Below are positions 27,056 to 30,761 of a stretch of DNA of 30,761 nt, one piece after another. Where the stretch lies: the IMG/VR virus record IMGVR_UViG_3300037722_000003, positions 1-30,761 of that record; one strand, given 5' to 3'. Numbering within the stretch: position 1 is the first letter of the stretch; each line of letters begins with the position of its first letter. The notes under the pieces are model-generated. The model was not told the DNA's origin. It worked only from the letters and a program-made list of their open reading frames with translations, and searched no databases. Made by a program: the position numbers and the translations under genes. This DNA comes from a virus. Its lineage: Duplodnaviria > Caudoviricetes.

Positions 27056-27249
27056 GAGTTCTCCTCTCCCATGTTAGGGAGCTTAGGGGGTGTGACCTTC
27101 TTGCCGAGCAACCGCTGGGCGAAGTAGTCGGTCAGGCCAAGGCCGTATGCGGCCCGGACCCGGTGCTCTTGGATGGGTGCGCCGCTGGCGATGACAGCTT
27201 GCACCATTCCTGCCGCCCTGATCCGGGCGTCTCTCTCGCTTCCGCTCAT
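27052..27249 (-). CDS. Small hypothetical protein
   Basis: Start ATG 27249 (MSGSERDARIRAAG), ATGA-coupled at both ends, 65 aa. Confidence 0.55.
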   Translation of the reverse strand: MSGSERDARIRAAGMVQAVIASGAPIQEHRVRAAYGLGLTDYFAQRLLGKKVTPPKLPNMGEENS

Positions 27250-27923
27250 CGCTCCATCCTCTCCACGAAGGCATGCTTGCCGTCGATCACGACGCCGCAC
27301 CCAATGGCGGGCTTCATGTCGAATCGCTGGCTGTACTCCTGCTCGGCTCGCCCCCAGTCCTGACCGCAGCCTGTCTGCATCCCGAAGATGCCGGCGGTGT
27401 CATTGAACTCCCATATGACCTGAAGCAGGGAATGGTAGTGGCCCTGTGCGATGGAACAGAAGTTCCTCTGTGCATTGAGGAGGGCCGGGCGTACCATGCC
27501 ACCCCGCCCCTTGTCCCCGTGCCGATACCCCACACCATCCACCTTGAGGGTGTAGAAGCGGGGGTGCCACCGCCATGTCGGCGTGCCCCACACCTCGTTC
27601 AGGGCACGGACGAACCATGAGGGGATGCCCGCAGTGCGGGCCTTGCGCTGAGGCAGCGAGTCGTGGTTGCCGATCAGGGTGTCCTGATTGGGGAACATCT
27701 TGTGGAGGATGGCAAGCTGCTCGCGTGCCTCCTCGTACTCACGATGTCCAGACTCAAGGTCAGGGTTCTTCTCGTGGTAGTTGATGACGCGATTGTCCGT
27801 CACGTCCCCGAGACAGATCACCCTGTCGCACTTCCACTGACGCTTGGTGTCGTTCAGGAAGTCAGGGAACTCGGGGAGCATAGACGGGCAGTGAGCGCAG
27901 GAGTAGACGAGTACTCTGCTCAT
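27246..27923 (-). CDS. Calcineurin-like metallophosphoesterase
   Basis: Motifs (C)xH, GDVTD, GNHD, HGD and GHYH, plus the phage-type GMQTGC C-terminal motif. Confidence 0.85.
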   Translation of the reverse strand: MSRVLVYSCAHCPSMLPEFPDFLNDTKRQWKCDRVICLGDVTDNRVINYHEKNPDLESGHREYEEAREQLAILHKMFPNQDTLIGNHDSLPQRKARTAGIPSWFVRALNEVWGTPTWRWHPRFYTLKVDGVGYRHGDKGRGGMVRPALLNAQRNFCSIAQGHYHSLLQVIWEFNDTAGIFGMQTGCGQDWGRAEQEYSQRFDMKPAIGCGVVIDGKHAFVERMER

Positions 27924-28183
27924 TCGATCTCCTCACTGAAGCCGGTTCGGGAGATGATCGCCACCTTGGGGATCGTTATGTATGGCCCCACCTCCTCCTT
28001 GTGGATGGAGGCGGCTACCGAGATGACATCCTCGTCCTCGTACAGCACGAAGCCAGCGGTCCAGCAAGTCTCCTTCTTTCCCTTCCGATGTCTCTTCTGC
28101 TCGGCCTTGAGATTCTGCCATGCCACGCCGGACGTGACAGCGCTGTCCCACCACTCAAGGAGGACGATCTCTTGGCTAGGCAA
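27920..28183 (-). CDS. Conserved small phage protein (WxD...W...GFVL..D...IP type)
   Basis: LLEWWDSA...W...CWTAGFVLYEDEDVISVAAS...ITIPKVAI. Probable TTG start at 28183 just after the RNAP stop. Confidence 0.65.
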   Translation of the reverse strand: MPSQEIVLLEWWDSAVTSGVAWQNLKAEQKRHRKGKKETCWTAGFVLYEDEDVISVAASIHKEEVGPYITIPKVAIISRTGFSEEIE

Positions 28184-28193
28184 GCTATTCTCT

Positions 28194-30593
28194 CTACGCG
28201 AAGAAGTATTCTGATTCAAGTACGTCCTCCAGATTGAAGTCACCCTTCGCGGGTGGCGGTCCCGGGTCGTAACCCGTCTGCGCTGTGACCATGAGACGGA
28301 ACCTATCCAGCACGTCGATGCTGTACAGGTTGACGAACTCCTCCCGGAGTACCCGGTTGAGGAGGCCCACGTCGCAGGCGTGGGTGCCGAAGCTGTCGTG
28401 AATCATCATCCAGTCTCGGATGCCCAGTGCCTCCCCGGCTACCACCGTCATCATGAGGTGGCATGCGTCCAGTGAGTGGACGAAGTTGGGGGGCATGGCC
28501 TGCCGCTGCCTGTTGGGCATGACGCTGGCGTCAGGGTCGTACACCTTGAAGTGGATCTGTGCGCTCAGGCACCTGACCCGGGTGTATGGTGCATCGAGGT
28601 ATGGGTGAGTGACGTGGAAGCCGATGGGTGTCAGCCACTCGATCAGCACTCCCGCCTTGTTCGCACACACGGCGCACTGGCGGAGCCATTCCATCGCCTG
28701 CTCGGCGCTGGTGATGCACTCCTTGATCGCTCCCCATATCTTCTTGCCGATGTACGTCACTGCACTGAACTGGTTATGCGCCCAGTCCACGAAGCCATCC
28801 GAGATCAGGGCGTTCTTGAGGCCCTGCTGGGTGACCCCATAGCAGAACGTCATGGTCCCCCGCTTGGTCAGCTTCCGGTCGATCCCGGCTGCAAGCCACC
28901 CCTCGACTATGTCCTCGGGCTGTTCCTGCACTTTTCTGTCTGCCTTGATCTCCCTCTCCACCACGCTTGCCACGTCCGCATAGATGTCATGCGGCTGTTC
29001 GGCTGGTGTTAGGTTGACCAGCCTGCCCCCGAGGGGATCCCGCAGCATGGCGCTGAAGTGTTGGAGCCCGGAGTTACTGCCGTCCACCGAGACGGGGAGA
29101 GCACACTCGTAGGACTCAGGGTCGCCACTGGCGTGGGCGTTCAGGATCTCCACGAGTGTAGCCAGTGCCTGCCATGGGTCATCCGCCTCAGCCCATAGGC
29201 CCTTGTAGTTGAGAGGGGAGCGCTCGTACTCCCCCTTCTTCTGGTAGCGGAGGATCGTGGACAGGAAGTTGTCCGTCCACTCCACCCTGTGCTGGAACGA
29301 CACCTTGTCCACGCCCCAGCCGTTGGCGTACTGGATCTTCAGCCAGTACAGGCCCCGCTTACCGAGGGGCTTGGGCTCACCGAACATGAGTAGGCCCCGA
29401 GCCACGTCATTGCCCTGAGGCTGCAAGAACTGGGGGATGGGGTAGATGCGGCCCCGGAAGTCACAGCGGTGAGGGAAGTAGAACGTCTTGTCCTTGAACC
29501 TGTCGCTGATATACAGCGTGTTCAGGAACGCGAGGCGCTTGCCTACAGCACGAGCGTTGCGCTGGTGCATGCCTGCTGCCTCCGACTTCCACTTCCTCTT
29601 CTCCTCATCCGTGCCGTGCTCAGGGTAGCGGTGCTGCATGGACATAGGCTCCACGCCCGGCACCCCAGCCCACCCTCCGCCGGCATCCCACACCGCCTTG
29701 AGTGTGCACAGCACGGTAGGGTTGATGCGCCATGCCGTGCGCTGGACGGTGTTGACGGCATGGTACACGTCCGGCCCATGGTCGTCTATCGGAGGAGGTG
29801 CGCCCGGCTTAGAGATCACGAAGGGAAGCTTCGACAGTCGGTAGCCTCCCTCCTCTCCCTTCGCCCAGTCGGTGGGCGGCACCACCATGGGCATGTTGAG
29901 GGGCTGCATGAGTTCGAGATGCTCATTCATCTTGTGCAGTATCTCCATCGCCGCCGGCGTGAGGGAGATGCGATACTGTCCCCGCCTACTCGACCCGTGG
30001 CGTGGAGTCCATGTCGATTTGAACAGCCCCGCCTCAGCGAGGGTGATGACCAACAGCTTGGCCCCCACCTGTCGGCGCTGCTTGGCTGTCCATCTCTCAC
30101 CACTCATGGCCACCCGGGCTCGGGTGACGGCCCTCCTATCCCAGCGCTTGATGCGGCGCTCCATGACCGCCTTGAGGCGAGGGGCCTCCTCCCTCAGCAT
30201 CATGTAATGCCACTCAAGCTCAGCCCTCTCCCCTACGGCAGCGATAGCGTGGGTCAGGGAGAACCTGTCAGCGATGCAGCCATCCAGCATCACCGCTATC
30301 GTGGACAAAGCGAGGACACCGGGGTCCATCACGAGGAATGGTATGCCCCATCCCGTGCAGCCCCGTGTCCCCTTCCCCTGTTCGGCCACCACCCTAGCCC
30401 GCTCGATCCCGTCAACCACGGCCCCCAGTGAGGAGGCCATGAGTTGACGGGATGCGGGCCACTGAGACAGAGGTTGGCGCTTACACTGATCGCGGAAGCG
30501 GCGCACCCCGAGATCAATGGCGGACATCTCAAGGTCATCCTCCTCTACCCACAGTGCTTGGCGCTGTCCCTCAGTCAATGAGTCCCAGTGCAT
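28194..30593 (-). CDS. Single-subunit DNA-directed RNA polymerase, T7 gp1-like
   Basis: 799 aa. PMVVPP.DW, DFRGRIY, PQGND, DGSNSGLQH, RKLTKRGTMTFCYG, PNFVHSLDA, IHDSF and terminal SEYFFA. Confidence 0.97.
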   Translation of the reverse strand: MHWDSLTEGQRQALWVEEDDLEMSAIDLGVRRFRDQCKRQPLSQWPASRQLMASSLGAVVDGIERARVVAEQGKGTRGCTGWGIPFLVMDPGVLALSTIAVMLDGCIADRFSLTHAIAAVGERAELEWHYMMLREEAPRLKAVMERRIKRWDRRAVTRARVAMSGERWTAKQRRQVGAKLLVITLAEAGLFKSTWTPRHGSSRRGQYRISLTPAAMEILHKMNEHLELMQPLNMPMVVPPTDWAKGEEGGYRLSKLPFVISKPGAPPPIDDHGPDVYHAVNTVQRTAWRINPTVLCTLKAVWDAGGGWAGVPGVEPMSMQHRYPEHGTDEEKRKWKSEAAGMHQRNARAVGKRLAFLNTLYISDRFKDKTFYFPHRCDFRGRIYPIPQFLQPQGNDVARGLLMFGEPKPLGKRGLYWLKIQYANGWGVDKVSFQHRVEWTDNFLSTILRYQKKGEYERSPLNYKGLWAEADDPWQALATLVEILNAHASGDPESYECALPVSVDGSNSGLQHFSAMLRDPLGGRLVNLTPAEQPHDIYADVASVVEREIKADRKVQEQPEDIVEGWLAAGIDRKLTKRGTMTFCYGVTQQGLKNALISDGFVDWAHNQFSAVTYIGKKIWGAIKECITSAEQAMEWLRQCAVCANKAGVLIEWLTPIGFHVTHPYLDAPYTRVRCLSAQIHFKVYDPDASVMPNRQRQAMPPNFVHSLDACHLMMTVVAGEALGIRDWMMIHDSFGTHACDVGLLNRVLREEFVNLYSIDVLDRFRLMVTAQTGYDPGPPPAKGDFNLEDVLESEYFFA

Positions 30594-30602
30594 TGAGTCC
30601 CC

Positions 30603-30761
30603 TTACCTTTTGGTGACGGGGATGAACAGCCCCAACGCACGCCCCGGAGGGAGCGTCGTTGCAACCATCATCCCTACGACCTGTCCCTCCGAGTCGATGA
30701 CCGGGCCACCGCTCATGCCGGGGATCACTGCCCCGTCAATGGCCCAGTCACGCCAGAGGAA
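30603..30761 (-). CDS. Trypsin-like serine protease, C-terminal fragment (5'-truncated by window edge)
   Basis: Not in the ORF track. My translation FLWRDWAIDGAVIPGMSGGPVIDSEGQVVGMMVATTLPPGRALGLFIPVTKR* contains the GxSGGP catalytic-Ser motif of HtrA/trypsin-like proteases. Confidence 0.75.
   Translation of the reverse strand, partial: FLWRDWAIDGAVIPGMSGGPVIDSEGQVVGMMVATTLPPGRALGLFIPVTKR

Noticed and set aside
4-30431. Numerous long plus-strand ORFs (e.g. 867..1967, 14789..15934, 29469..30431)
   Set aside because: They are antisense shadows of high-GC3 minus-strand genes and show no recognisable motifs.
1-30761. Repeated T7-like phage promoters
   Set aside because: I could not find a repeated ~20-bp motif by eye in the few intergenic gaps. 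A MEME or PHIRE search would be needed, so none is called.
1-30761. CRISPR arrays, full tRNAs, integrase, introns or inteins, homing endonucleases
   Set aside because: No repeat-spacer periodicity or complete cloverleaf was seen, and core genes are of normal length without insertions.

Overview
This window is a ~31 kb internal segment of a high-GC (roughly 65%, judged by eye) T7-like podophage (Autographiviridae-type). All real genes lie on the minus strand. In transcription order (right to left): the C-terminus of a trypsin-like serine protease, single-subunit RNA polymerase, a small conserved phage protein, a metallophosphoesterase, gp2.5-like SSB, RusA-type resolvase, primase-helicase, family A DNA polymerase, ATP-dependent ligase, dNMP kinase, gp6-like exonuclease, a permuted papain-like protein, portal, scaffold, major capsid, four extra putative virion genes, tail tubular A and B, three internal virion proteins, and the N-terminal part of a tail fiber. 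The last gene and the protease are missing from the supplied ORF track because they run off the window edges. The most unusual features are: (1) a DNA polymerase whose exonuclease motif I lies upstream of any canonical start codon and just behind an in-frame UGA; (2) a hairpin-rich 190-nt capsid leader with a 17-nt homopolymer; (3) a tail fiber with two gp17-like adapter motifs and a discoidin-like insert; (4) an extra structural cassette between capsid and gp11; (5) gene replacements in T7 slots (RusA for gp3, a protease ahead of RNAP). All calls come from reading motifs and synteny by eye; no database searches were run.
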